DNA of 64,000 bases. Source: Orbicella franksi. Its lineage: Eukaryota. The first letter of the stretch is position 1. Each line of letters opens with the position of its first letter. The notes beneath the pieces are model-generated. The model did no database searches. It was not told the DNA's origin and was given only the letters and a program-made list of their open reading frames with translations. The DNA lies in contig OZ116698.1 of assembly GCA_964199315.1 (NCBI GenBank), positions 8,928,001 through 8,992,000 of the forward strand, given 5' to 3'. A program made the translations under genes and the position numbers. Shown piece after piece: positions 53,293 to 64,000 of the stretch.

Positions 53293-54337
53293 GGCAAGTA
53301 GTTCCTGTTCAATGAGACTGAAAATCAAGGAACAATTTTCATTAATTTTGCCGGGAACTTCGCAAGACGTTTGCCACTTCAGTTCTTTTTCTATAAAATT
53401 AAATTTGCCTTATGATTCAGTTAAAACCCGTACGGGAGTTATTCGTAACTATTACTCATCAAAACCAAACAAGCAAGATCACCGATCTGGTCTGTTTACA
53501 CCAGATCCTCGCATAATTGAAATTAACAGACCTTCCCTATTTGAAATTAACGTTGCGACCGTAGGTACCTGCGCACGTGTTATTCCTACGACCAGATGTC
53601 GTCGACAAGAAGGCCAAGCTATGAGTTGCCACTGGCATAGCATTTTATTGTATATATTTATTGTGGATACAAGTAAGATAAAGGCCGTGAATAAAATCAA
53701 TATCTGGTTTCCTGGTTGGATCACTGAAGATCATTTGCAGCCTTTCCAAAACTCCCTAACATACACGAAATCTAGGTCTTCCATGCAAAGAGAAATGAAA
53801 GCCACCAGAATGTTTCCGAGGATTCTGGAAGCCTTCTGAAGACTAATCGAGGTCGAGTTTTCCATAGATTGCCGAAGTATACTCAAAATAATTCGAAGAT
53901 TTATTACAATCGAAGGTTGCCAAAGAATATTTCAAGAAAATCATACGAGGTAATCCGAATTTCCATGTTTAAGTTGCTGAAGCTTTATGAGAGGACCGAA
54001 TATCGCATAAGGGATTTTTTTGCTAATGTTTTCACTAACTCCAATTATACTTTTGATATACATGATATTAAAAAACTTGTGACCTAAATCGATAGCAGAC
54101 TCTTCACGGTACGGTGCCGTACATCAAAACCAAACCAATTACTTAACAATTACACACGACTCCACCAATTTCAACCCGTAGTAAAAGTAAAACCAAAACC
54201 GAAGTAATTGCCTGATTACTTACGACACTCAATTGAAAACCGCCTAACATGAAATAATGAACTTGAATTACAAATGCATTTACTCAATCAATCGCAAAGA
54301 ACAGAGCTTGAGTCAACACTCCACGTAAATGCAAGGG

Positions 54338-54338
54338 T

Positions 54339-54372
<34 letters not shown>

Positions 54373-54380
54373 GCAACAAC
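54338..54380. repeat. (CAA)n microsatellite
   Basis: Direct reading of the sequence. Confidence 0.9.
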
Positions 54381-55442
54381 AAAAAAAACAATAATCACAA
54401 CAACATCTTTATTACTCTCATTACCAATATTATTACAGTTACAGTATAATTAAATTCAGGACAGGTTGTTCAAATAAGGTAACTTTTGTAATCATTTGTT
54501 TTTAATGAGACTGAAGGCGAAATGACCCGTTAGATTTTCGGGCTAGCCTCCAGCCTTGTTATGTCTGGTTGTAAGACAGGAAAGATGAAGGAAGAGTTTA
54601 CAGTTTACAGTTTAGTTTAAGTAGGCAAAAAAACGGGAAGTAGTACAACAAACAGCACAAGCCATACCCACATAGAAAGTCCTATCAGCACGAAGAATCT
54701 CCTAGCATTTCGCCTAAGAGTTAATACCTTATGCGGGAAATTGGAGTTCTCAATTTTTCATATAACTGACCTACTGCTGCAGTTAGAAGGACTATCTGAT
54801 CTGAAATGCTTTAATAATAATAATAATAATAATAATAAAGTTTTTTGGGCGCATTTAAAAAAACTCAATGCGCTTACATTACTATAAAAAATAAATTAGT
54901 TAAATCCTATAAAATATTTCTAATAACAGTAATAAATAAAATAAATGAAATAACTAGTTAAAGTACAGTTTCTCATAAACTAAAATAAATCAGAAGTAGG
55001 ATTTCCGAAACAAGAATGTTTTGCGGGCTAAAGCTAGAGCAAGAAGGGAAGATTCAGGCGTCCTTCCTTGAAACAGTTAAATTAATTTAAAGCAACAGAA
55101 TGCAAGAGGATTTGTTTCCAGCAGCAACCAATTTGAAGTTCGGTCAACAGAGGTCCTTCGGTTAAATATCATATCCATAATAGATTTTATACGAAATCTG
55201 ACATCAAATCATTGTAAACAGTGTCTTAATGCTAAACTCAGTTGAATAAATTTCAAATGCGCGTTCTCGAAGATGTCATGAATTCATCGAACATTCATTC
55301 CTTTTATGCCTGATCGCTCACAGAATATTCAAAACAGCACCACAGGGAAGAAACTGCGGTATAATTTAACATTTAAGAATTTATGCAACAAGTGCATTTC
55401 AAGTAAAAGAAATATCAAATACAGGGAATTCCACTTACTTAC

Positions 55443-56243
55443 CTGAGAGACAAATGAGGTTTGTAATGACACCAATGCCTCCCTGAAGACCTCAGAGTAA
55501 CTCAAGCGCTAGAAGGCAACTGCACTGATCAATGAAATAAAGAAAACACGCTGACGATCGGTGTTGAGACTCTAGAATTAAATTCTGACGCATAACATTT
55601 AAAAGGCTAAGATCTAGAATCCCTACTGTAGAGCTGGTTGACGGCATTATTTCCATAATCAAACCCATGCAGTGTGTGACAAATAACAAGCAATTCATTT
55701 CACTAGTTGTGAAGTTGAATGCGAAGTCAAAATCGATCGATCGATTTGCAGAAAACTGAAGTAGGCTATATAAATACGAACTGATAGAATAAACTGACCT
55801 GCTGAGGGTCTCCTGTCAAAATCTGTACTTATAATGTGAATAAACGCCATGGAAATTCAGTCAATTTATGAGATGGATCGCATATTTAATTCACCGTAGA
55901 TGTATCCGGCAAAACCCGGAAGCCGTACAAGTGATACAATGCAAGTTCTTTCCACGGTTGCTTATTTCACAGTTGCTCTGGCCTGTTGACATTGATTATG
56001 AAGACTCTCAAACAAAGATCTTATCTTATCCTAGCCTTAATTATATTTCAGAGGCCAAAGTTGTAAGAAAGGTAAAGCGTTAAGGCTTTATTGTTTGGTT
56101 TAATGGGAGACTGAAATGTACTCGCAGTTTGATGATACTTTCAATAATACTGTACACTGAATTCTTTAGATCTGCTAGTGAAACAGACCATCATACTAGA
56201 AGGTTGGTTAAGCATTGTATCTTGTCACTCACCTGTGTGTAAG
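55443..56243 (-). other. Putative 5' UTR exons of the TPR-CHAT gene (82 nt at 55443-55524 and 11 nt at 56233-56243)
   Basis: Strong donors gtaagt and gtgagt with pyrimidine-rich cag acceptors. The 82-nt exon has no ATG and all three frames are closed. Confidence 0.5.
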
Positions 56244-58390
56244 CTGCAAGCAGTTGTTTGAGAGATAAAGAGTTCAGTATTGCCGAATACGAAGAAAGCT
56301 ACGAAAGCGAAAGTAATGAAAATGTAATCGGGAGGTCTCTTCGTCGTGCCCAGATTCCACCCGAGCGATTGCCTCCCCGAGAAACTTGGTTCTAGCCTGT
56401 TTTACATCGGAATGATGCTCTCTTCTCCGCATGCAGAGGTTGGAAACGCTCGTTATATAAACAGCCGCTGTGGATTGGCATGTAAGCTGGAATGCAGACT
56501 TTCCCTACATCATTATGATATGTCCTCCTGGAAGCTATAAATGCCGTGTATATTTCTCTTTCTCCATTTGGCTCAGGGGAAGCTATAATCTATGCTTGAA
56601 AACTTCTTTTTGATGTCCTCGCTAGCTTGATCTATTTGTGTTGGGAAGTTCCCAGCCAGTCAAAATGAGACATGCAATTGTCAAGCTACGAGCTCGTTCA
56701 CTTTCAGTTTTGCGGCATTCATACAGTCAAGGAATAAAAAGGCGAGAAAACGGGTTTATTGTAGAGTTTATTTCAAAGAACGACTTATTAAAGAAGGGGT
56801 TTTGAGAAGCCTTAGCTTGTCTGAATTATGCCGAGACCCGTCCATGATAAATTGTACTAATAGCATTCCAGTTTCCTAAGTTTACAATAAATGAATTTAT
56901 GAACTGGACATTTTAACCTTTCAACTGAGATACTACACAATATATACTCCAGATACAGGATGTAAACATTGAAAACAGCTACAACTAGTGATCTCGGACT
57001 TGATGCCAAAAAACCGTAGGCACGCTTAAATCCTATCTGTTTCTTTTCATGAAGCTTTTTCCCGAAAAAAGAGCGACTATTGTTTTCCATTCTTTAGCAA
57101 AAATCTTGTTCTCTAATTAACGTTTTCTAATTCGCTTGTTTCTGGTTAGTGATCGATGTGTCATATGCAATACGAAATGGGAATTTAGTTTGAAAACGAA
57201 AATCGCAAGACACAATATTCTACAGTTTCAGAGTAAACCCAAAATAACGAACTGAGTGCTAACCGATCTTAAGGTGCATCCCATGCTCAAAATGTTAATT
57301 CTCATTACTGGTTTCAAATTCTCATATTCTCTTAATATTAATTAATAAGAAATAATGCATTTATTTGAATTTGATGTTTCCAATAGCAAACTTGTTCCAG
57401 AGTCGAAGAATACCCTGCGATGCAAAATGGAGACACATTCTTTCAACACTGATCTGTTTTCAGCCTAGAGATAAAAGAAATGTCAAAAAACAACCCTGTT
57501 TTACCCTCACTTAGTAAACTGACGAATTTGCGGTCGTGTTATACATACCCCGGAGTTTAACAATTTCACAAATTTTCAGAAAACAGCAATAATTTGCAGT
57601 GGTTTCACATTTGTTTAAGAAATCTTGTAGGAACGTGAACGTTCTTCTCTGGTATCCACCCTGCATCCATCCCTCCTGTATGCCCCTTCTCCTTAACGAA
57701 GTTTTTAATGCTGGGGGTAACCCTGCGATGGACCATCCAGAGGGGAGCAGAAATACCCTTAGAAATACCCCTAGGATGTCGTAGGACAGACGTAGCTTAG
57801 ATGACACCAGAAGCGAAGTTCAGCAATCTCCGATCCAAGGTTCAATCAAAATTGATGGCTGTCTTCATCTCACGTACCTTCTATTAATATATCTCTCTTC
57901 AACCTGGAGAGAGCAGATGAAAACGGTTAAGCTGTTCATTTATCTTGGTTGGCTTATGGTTATTTGATTAATTCACTTGAAATCTTATTATAGAGCCTTT
58001 TAATGAGCATGTTAGACTTCGTTATAGTTTCATGATTGCGTTCGTAAAACGCAATACTTACGAATGCCAGTCAATTAATCCAAAACAGTCAGTTGCATAA
58101 GTGACGATGGAGAGGAGAAATATTAGTCAATTAATTTACCTAATAAAGTCCGACAGTGGGCTAGAACCAAGTCTCAAAAAAGTCATATGACCCAGAACAT
58201 AATGCCCCAGATGTTCTTTTTTTCTGTATGGAATACTCAAAAATCATGAGTTCCAGACATCACACCAACTAGAGAGGAAAAGGAAACATAAACTTGCCTG
58301 AAGAAAGGACGTCGATGAACATGTACATGTCCTCGCCCTTGCCTTCCCTTTAATGAAACGGGGAGCGACGCTAAAACGGGTGTGTCATTT

Positions 58391-58510
58391 GGTAACCAGT
58401 CGTTTCGCCTACAAGTGGATTCGCCTACATCGAAGTCGTTTCGCCTACACGATCTGAGTTGATTCGCCTACATTGAAGTCGATTCGCCTATACACTAAAT
58501 ACTTAGGTTT
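58391..58510. repeat. Tandem TTCGCCTAC motifs, likely the subterminal region of a DNA transposon
   Basis: Five ttcgccta copies follow ggtaaccag. Confidence 0.55.
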
Positions 58511-60513
58511 ACAATATAATTATAGTAATGTTTTTCAGAAGAGTATTACACAGCGACAGCGAGGCTCTGTTTCAACAAAATATTCTATCATTGGAATGAT
58601 TTTTTCAATGAGAGAAACACTGCTGAACAATTCCTTAAGCAATGTGCACGACTGAATGACCCGTCACGAGTATTCACTCAGCGCTGCAATTAACAGGTCA
58701 CTGAGAAATGTATTTGAAGTATTTCCATAAACAATGAGAAGTATTTGAGGTAACTGTTTTGAGTTTTAAGAGTGAATGCCTATAAAAATGGACCTAAATC
58801 GCCTATCAATGGCACAGGTCGAAAAATTAATTTCGCTTGTATTTTGTCCATAGATAGGTCCTAGTAAGAATAGAAACGGACCATAGTTAGTTTCTGCTAA
58901 TACAGCTTTCTTTGGTAGAAATACGCCAAAAACGATTTCGACCCGACTGGGCTCAAAATCTACTTCCGGTTTTGCTGAATTTTCCGAATATTTGATTGCT
59001 TCGCGCTCCGCAGAGCAACTACTTGAGAATCTTTCAATGGATTTTATATTCAGTTCAGGTCTTGGTAGTATGACTGAGCGAAAAATAAAATAAATCAAAG
59101 TTAGTTTTGAGCCCGAAAAGAGGTAAAACTGAAACGCAAAATTTTACAGTATGTCGCAAGAGAATTATTGCTTAAAAACATCGCCATATTTTTCTATGGG
59201 CTATAACTTTAAATACCATAAAAACACTTTCTACGGGTTAAATATACACCCACCTGTTAGGATATCAAAAAATATATCTGGGCAAATGGTTTCAAGTCGC
59301 CCGCCTTGGCCTGTGTTTCTCATAGATTTTGCCCAAAATCCGCCGTTGGAATGTAAGCAATTGCATGACGCGGATAGCCACTCTCGAGTAAAATATTCGT
59401 TTCCAGCAATCCGATGAAAGCAATTTTTGAAACGTTGTGTGGATAAAATAATGGAAAATGTTTTTTTTGTTGTTTTTTGTTTTTGTTTTTTTTGTTTAAC
59501 TTAGTATAAATATATATGTTTTTTCATTTGCATTGCGACACCCACGACATCCATGATAAAGAACGTTACTACAGTACTCCGGGAAATGATTTTAACACTT
59601 GTTTATTTTATTGATTTCACTGATAACTTACAACACAGTAGCAGTTTCAGAGATACACTTAACCAATCCTCTATGATTTATGGCAACTGAATCATTGACT
59701 GACAAATAAAGTCAAGTGGAAATACCATAATTTCTATAGACTACTAACTGCGTGACGGCATCTCAGCTCTTCTAGCTGTGTAGAAAATTTGTACCTACAC
59801 AATATGCTCAAACTCAGCTAGAAAACCCGGAATTTCTTGAATTGAATTAGCCGAGGAACAAATTGCGTTTAAGTTTCAATCATACTGGGAAAAAAATCCA
59901 TCTTTTCTACTTTGGTTGTTTGATCAATTAACTGAAATTTGCAGATCAAAACACTGGTAGACAAATAAACATTACAGTGGTCGATCTAGGACTAGGTTTA
60001 CAATAAAGGAGTTCCCGAATTCATCAATTTTAGAGTATTCGGATTAGTAGGGGTTTACAGTGAAAGGATATTCGGATTCTTAATCGTTTATACACGACGA
60101 TAACTCCGGGAACATTCATGATGGAATGGTTAACAAGCAGTTTGTTGCCTCGACAACGAGAAACAAAATGCCTCCGAAAATAAGGCTAGGGGTAGGTTGA
60201 GACAGTCTGAAGTTTTCTTTCAACTCGCTGACCACGGTACTGTTGTCCATCATGCCAGGTTCCTCCAGGTATTTACTTAGGGTTTAGGGTCGAAAACCGT
60301 CGAGGTTTTCGATCGTGCCATCGTCGTCATCTGCGCAGTAAAGTATAAATTGGGCACGGTTTCTGAGGAGTATGGCATTACCCATTATAAAAGTGATTAC
60401 CTACACCTGAAACAGCACGAGGTAATCACCCAGCGACCGCCATCAAATGGCCATCAATGCGCCTACGACTCGACTACGACTGGATCATGTAATCCGCCAT
60501 TTTCGTTCCACCG

Positions 60514-60996
60514 CAAACTCAAANNNNNNNNNNNNNNNNNNNNNNNNNNNNNNNNNNNNNNNNNNNNNNNNNNNNNNNNNNNNNNNNNNNNNNNNNNNNN
60601 NNNNNNNNNNNNNNNNNNNNNNNNNNNNNNNNNNNNNNNNNNNNNNNNNNNNNNNNNNNNNNNNNNNNNNNNNNNNNNNNNNNNNNNNNNNNNNNNNNNN
60701 NNNNNNNNNNNNNNNNNNNNNNNCTCTGTCTGCGAGAATCGTAATGGTTTCATCCAAAGGTACATTCGTGAACAAGGAGGACACATCATAGGACACCAGC
60801 AAGTCACCAGGTGTTATGTTGAGGTCTCGCGGTAGTTCGTTCACAAAATCGAAAATGTCCGTGACTGTGTACTGATTTAACGACAACGGTGTGAGCTTGT
60901 TGTCCAACCATTTCGCCAAAGCATAATTATACGTATTAGTCGCTGATAGGATTGGTCGCATGGCTAATTTCTCCTTGTGTGTTTTCGGCAACCCGT
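60514..60996 (-). mobile_element. Inverted RT fragment of a Penelope-like element
   Basis: YGLPKTHK..MRPILS..YALAKWL..LVSYDVSSLFTNVP..[gap]..FEF, matching the N-terminal PLE RT motifs. Confidence 0.85.
60524..60722. other. Assembly gap
   Basis: Run of N. Confidence 1.
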
Positions 60997-61960
60997 ATGG
61001 AGGTCGAAAATGATGGAATGCTTCCCTTTCTCGGTACTCAACTCCTAAACAGAACGCCTCGTATTGAAACTAAAGTGTTTGTGAAGCCAACAAACAGTGG
61101 TCTGCTTCTCCATTACCACAGTCATGTCGATAATAGGTACAAGCGCGGACTATTGACAACTATGCTCGATCGCACACATCGCCTGTCTTCGTCATGGTCC
61201 TACTTCACTGAGGAGTGCGAACGACTGAAGTCTGTTTTCTCTAAACTGAAATATCCCAAGCACCTTGTTGACTCCACTGTCAAAACCTTCCTAAATTTAA
61301 AGGTCGCTGACCAGCCCTCATTACGGTCCAGATCTACGACAGAAAACACTACTCGGGTTGTCATACCCTTTAAAGACCAGGAGTCTGCTAATATCGTGAA
61401 GACACAGTTGAAAGATCTCAGTGTGAAGCTGCAGACCAGTGTTCAACCGGTGTTTACGAGCCGCAAGATTGCCCAGGAGTTCCCGACAAGCGAACCTAAG
61501 CCTCAGCTCATTGATCAACAATGCGTTGTGTATAACTTCAAGTGTGACCAGTGCGATGCTGGTTATGTCGGTTACACCCGTGGCCATCTGTTCGTACGGG
61601 TTGATGGACATAGAAGCAAGACCTCGTCAGTACGCAATCACTATGATAATAGACACGCAGGCAGGATTCCGGATGACCTTCGCAATTGTTTTAGCGTGTT
61701 GAAAAAATGCCACAACAAGTTTGATTGTCTCATTAATGAGATGTTACTCATTAAACAATTACGACCGTGTTTAAATGTACAATCAGACTCAGTTCGCGCT
61801 AAAGTCTTTGTCTAACTTATGCAAATTAGAAACTCTGAACTCTTAGTTACTCTTGAAATCGCATATTTAATTAGTTTCCCTTGACAATGGCGCCAAGATG
61901 TAGCTGAAACGTCGGATTTATCTATCGTTAGTTTTTGCCTGTATATAATTATTAATTTAA
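60997..61960 (+). mobile_element. Penelope-like element 3' part: RT thumb, GIY-YIG endonuclease and pLTR
   Basis: MEVENDGMLPFLG..VFVKPTNSGLLLHY..CVVYNFKCDQCDAGYVGYT..L..R..H..LINEMLLIKQLRPCLN; the ORF is open to 61815 and followed by a hammerhead-like pLTR motif. Confidence 0.9.
61879..61915 (+). ncRNA. Degenerate minimal hammerhead-like motif (U3-A8 variant)
   Basis: CC-TTGACAA-T-GGC..GCT-GAAAC-GTC-GG lies just 3' of the PLE ORF; both stems are weak. Confidence 0.4.
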
Positions 61961-62154
61961 AAAAATAATAATTAACGCAGAAACGTCTTTGAAAAGTAGG
62001 CGGGATCGGGATTCCAGACAAAAAAGGGCGGGATGGCGGGATTAACAGTGAAAAATGGGCGGGAAAGTGGGATTTGAGAACCCTATTGTGGACCCTCAAT
62101 ATACAAGACGCTTAGTATGATTCCATCCGAGCTAAGTTAACATCAGCCCTGGGT

Positions 62155-62420
62155 TAAGCCCCGAACAAACGATCGCAACATTTCAACGCAACGTATTCCA
62201 ACATTGTTGGGCGCAACATATTGCGCCCGTATGTCCTCCCTGTTGCGACGTGTTGCGGCATGCTGTGTGTTATTGGCTCAAGTTTGAAAATGGCCAGATG
62301 TGAGCCAACACCCGACTGTCACAACACGGTGGCCAAACGCTTGCAACATGTCGTATGTTGCTCCCAACAATGTTGCCATATGTTGCGTTGAAATGTTGTG
62401 ATCGTTTGGTCGGGGCTTTA
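62155..62420. mobile_element. Harbinger-like MITE
   Basis: TIRs aagccccgaacaaacgatcgcaacatttcaacgcaac / gttgcgttgaaatgttgtgatcgtttggtcggggctt. Confidence 0.8.
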
Positions 62421-62599
62421 TGCAAGGTCATGCAAGGGGTATAGGGGAGAGAGGAGAGGTTAGGGCTTGATTTATAGAGATATGTATAGTAAGAAAGCTA
62501 GTCTGGTAGTTAGCGCCAAAGCTCCCCGACCCTTCCCTCTTCACCCAGCGTTTAATACCTTGGCAAACAATTAGACTCCATAAATTCTTAGGTTTTGTT

Positions 62600-63806
62600 A
62601 GGGTAATATGCAATAATACGTGCTCTAGCTGGTCACTTTTACAGTGCGGCGTCCCGCAGGGAAGTCTCCTTAGCCCCTTACTGTTTAACATCTTTATGAA
62701 CGACATGAACGAATCTGTTTCCGTCTCTTCCCTCCGCCTCTACGCGGATGATACAACCGAATATACGGCGGACGAAAGTCCTCTTGTGCTTCAACACGTC
62801 TTAAATCAAGACACGGAAAAACTATCTACCTGGCTTAACTACAACTATCTTCAAGCCAACGGGGACAAGACACAAGCAATGATTCTTGGGAATTCAACAT
62901 ACAATTACGATTTGGAGTTTGATGGCACCGTAATCGATATCAAAGAACATTTAAAGATCCTTGGAGTATGTCTGGACAATAAGTTATCTTTCAAAGAGCA
63001 CACAAATGTAATGCTGAAAAGAGTATACGCTAAGATTGCCGCACTTCGTCGCCACAAGCGCTTAGTACCCATAGATACTTTATTACTTTTATACAGGAAC
63101 TTTATAATACCGCATTTTGAGTATTGTAATTCTTTACTGATTGGTATAGGTAAAACGCTCAACAAAAAAGTGGAAGACGCTAACTACTACGGTCTACGAA
63201 CAGTAATGAACACGGGGAAAACTTCTAATTACGAGTCATTACTCAAACTGCTGGGCATGAGAACGCTAGAACATAGACGTTTTGAACAATCTCTGATAAT
63301 ATTTTTTAAGTGTTTTAAAGAAAATGGCCCACGTTATATCACCAACTTATTCAAGCCCCGGGTCACGCCATACAATCTTAGAAGCAGCGGGCTAAACGTA
63401 GAACAACGCCCTTACAATAGTAGATTCTTCCACGGCTCGTATTCTTATATCATCTCTAGAATTTGGAATCAGTTACCGCCGGCAGCAAAAAATGCAGCAA
63501 ACGTTCCAGCTTTTATTAATCATCTTAATACAACAAACTTTGGTGGCTGCCAATGCAGTTCTTGTCTTAAATGATTCCTTTATAGACATGTTGTATTTTT
63601 ATCGTTTTTCAATATTGTATTTTTAACGCATATTTTTTAAGATATTAATAGTATGATAATTTTGTATTTTTTAATATATAGTTTTTAAATCTTTTTTTTA
63701 ACATGGTATGTCAAACACTTTTATCATGAGCCCCTGGCTCGGGAGACTTGGGCAACCACTCCCCGTGTTCTTGACGTAAAATAAATTACCTTACCTTACC
63801 TTACCT
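62600..63806 (+). mobile_element. 5'-truncated CR1/L2-group LINE (RT C-terminus)
   Basis: GVPQGSLLSPLLFNIFMND..LYADDT..N..KT..M..LG..LD.KL.F..H..FEYC; open to 63574; 3' tail of (TTACC)n repeats. Confidence 0.88.
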
Positions 63807-64000
63807 GCCTAACATGTACAAAAAGTTTAGATTTGATACTGCCAATGGTGTTATGGGGAATCGTAACGTTGGTTAAGTTAATGTTATCCGGTTGATCTTT
63901 TATTTAAAATGTGATTGAAATCCCCTGTAGCATGGAGAAAAATCAGGGACAATTGCGTGAACTAAATTAACAATAAATAACTAACAAAGCTAGCATAGTT

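Noticed and set aside
47459-53839. Many ORFs overlapping the TPR-CHAT gene
   Set aside because: These are antisense or shifted-frame shadows of a long repetitive CDS with no independent motifs.
56300-56715. Protein-like minus-strand stretch with stops and frameshifts
   Set aside because: It could be a decayed gene, but I recognise no family; tblastx would be needed.
58391-58510. CRISPR-like repeat-spacer appearance, also at 40448-40650
   Set aside because: The units are short, spacers are irregular and non-unique, and the context is eukaryotic with no cas genes.

Overview
This is AT-rich, intron-rich eukaryotic DNA. The coral-like SINE/MITE repertoire and gene content suggest a cnidarian, probably a stony coral (inference). 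I built gene models by eye from GT-AG sites and reading-frame phase. Left to right: (1) the 5' part of EHBP1 (minus) head-to-head with a complete 10-exon RAB14 (plus); (2) a 3-exon 131-aa Cys-rich membrane microprotein resembling the plant TAXIMIN peptide; (3) a SAM-like-domain ORF; (4) a 15-16-exon Bro1-domain BROX-like gene (minus) head-to-head with a 5-exon Qor/Zta1-type quinone oxidoreductase (plus); (5) a tandem pair of secreted, very acidic, Cys-hairpin peptide genes; (6) a 1995-aa single-coding-exon TPR-CHAT caspase-like protease; (7) a Penelope-like element with a 5' inversion, and a 5'-truncated CR1/L2-type LINE. There are also many MITEs and tRNA-SINEs, a foldback element, two Penelope-type minimal hammerhead motifs and two assembly gaps. 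The best novelty candidates are the acidic Cys-hairpin peptide pair, the TPR-CHAT protease, the TAXIMIN-like microprotein and the intronic hammerhead hairpin. All family assignments come from remembered sequences, not database searches.
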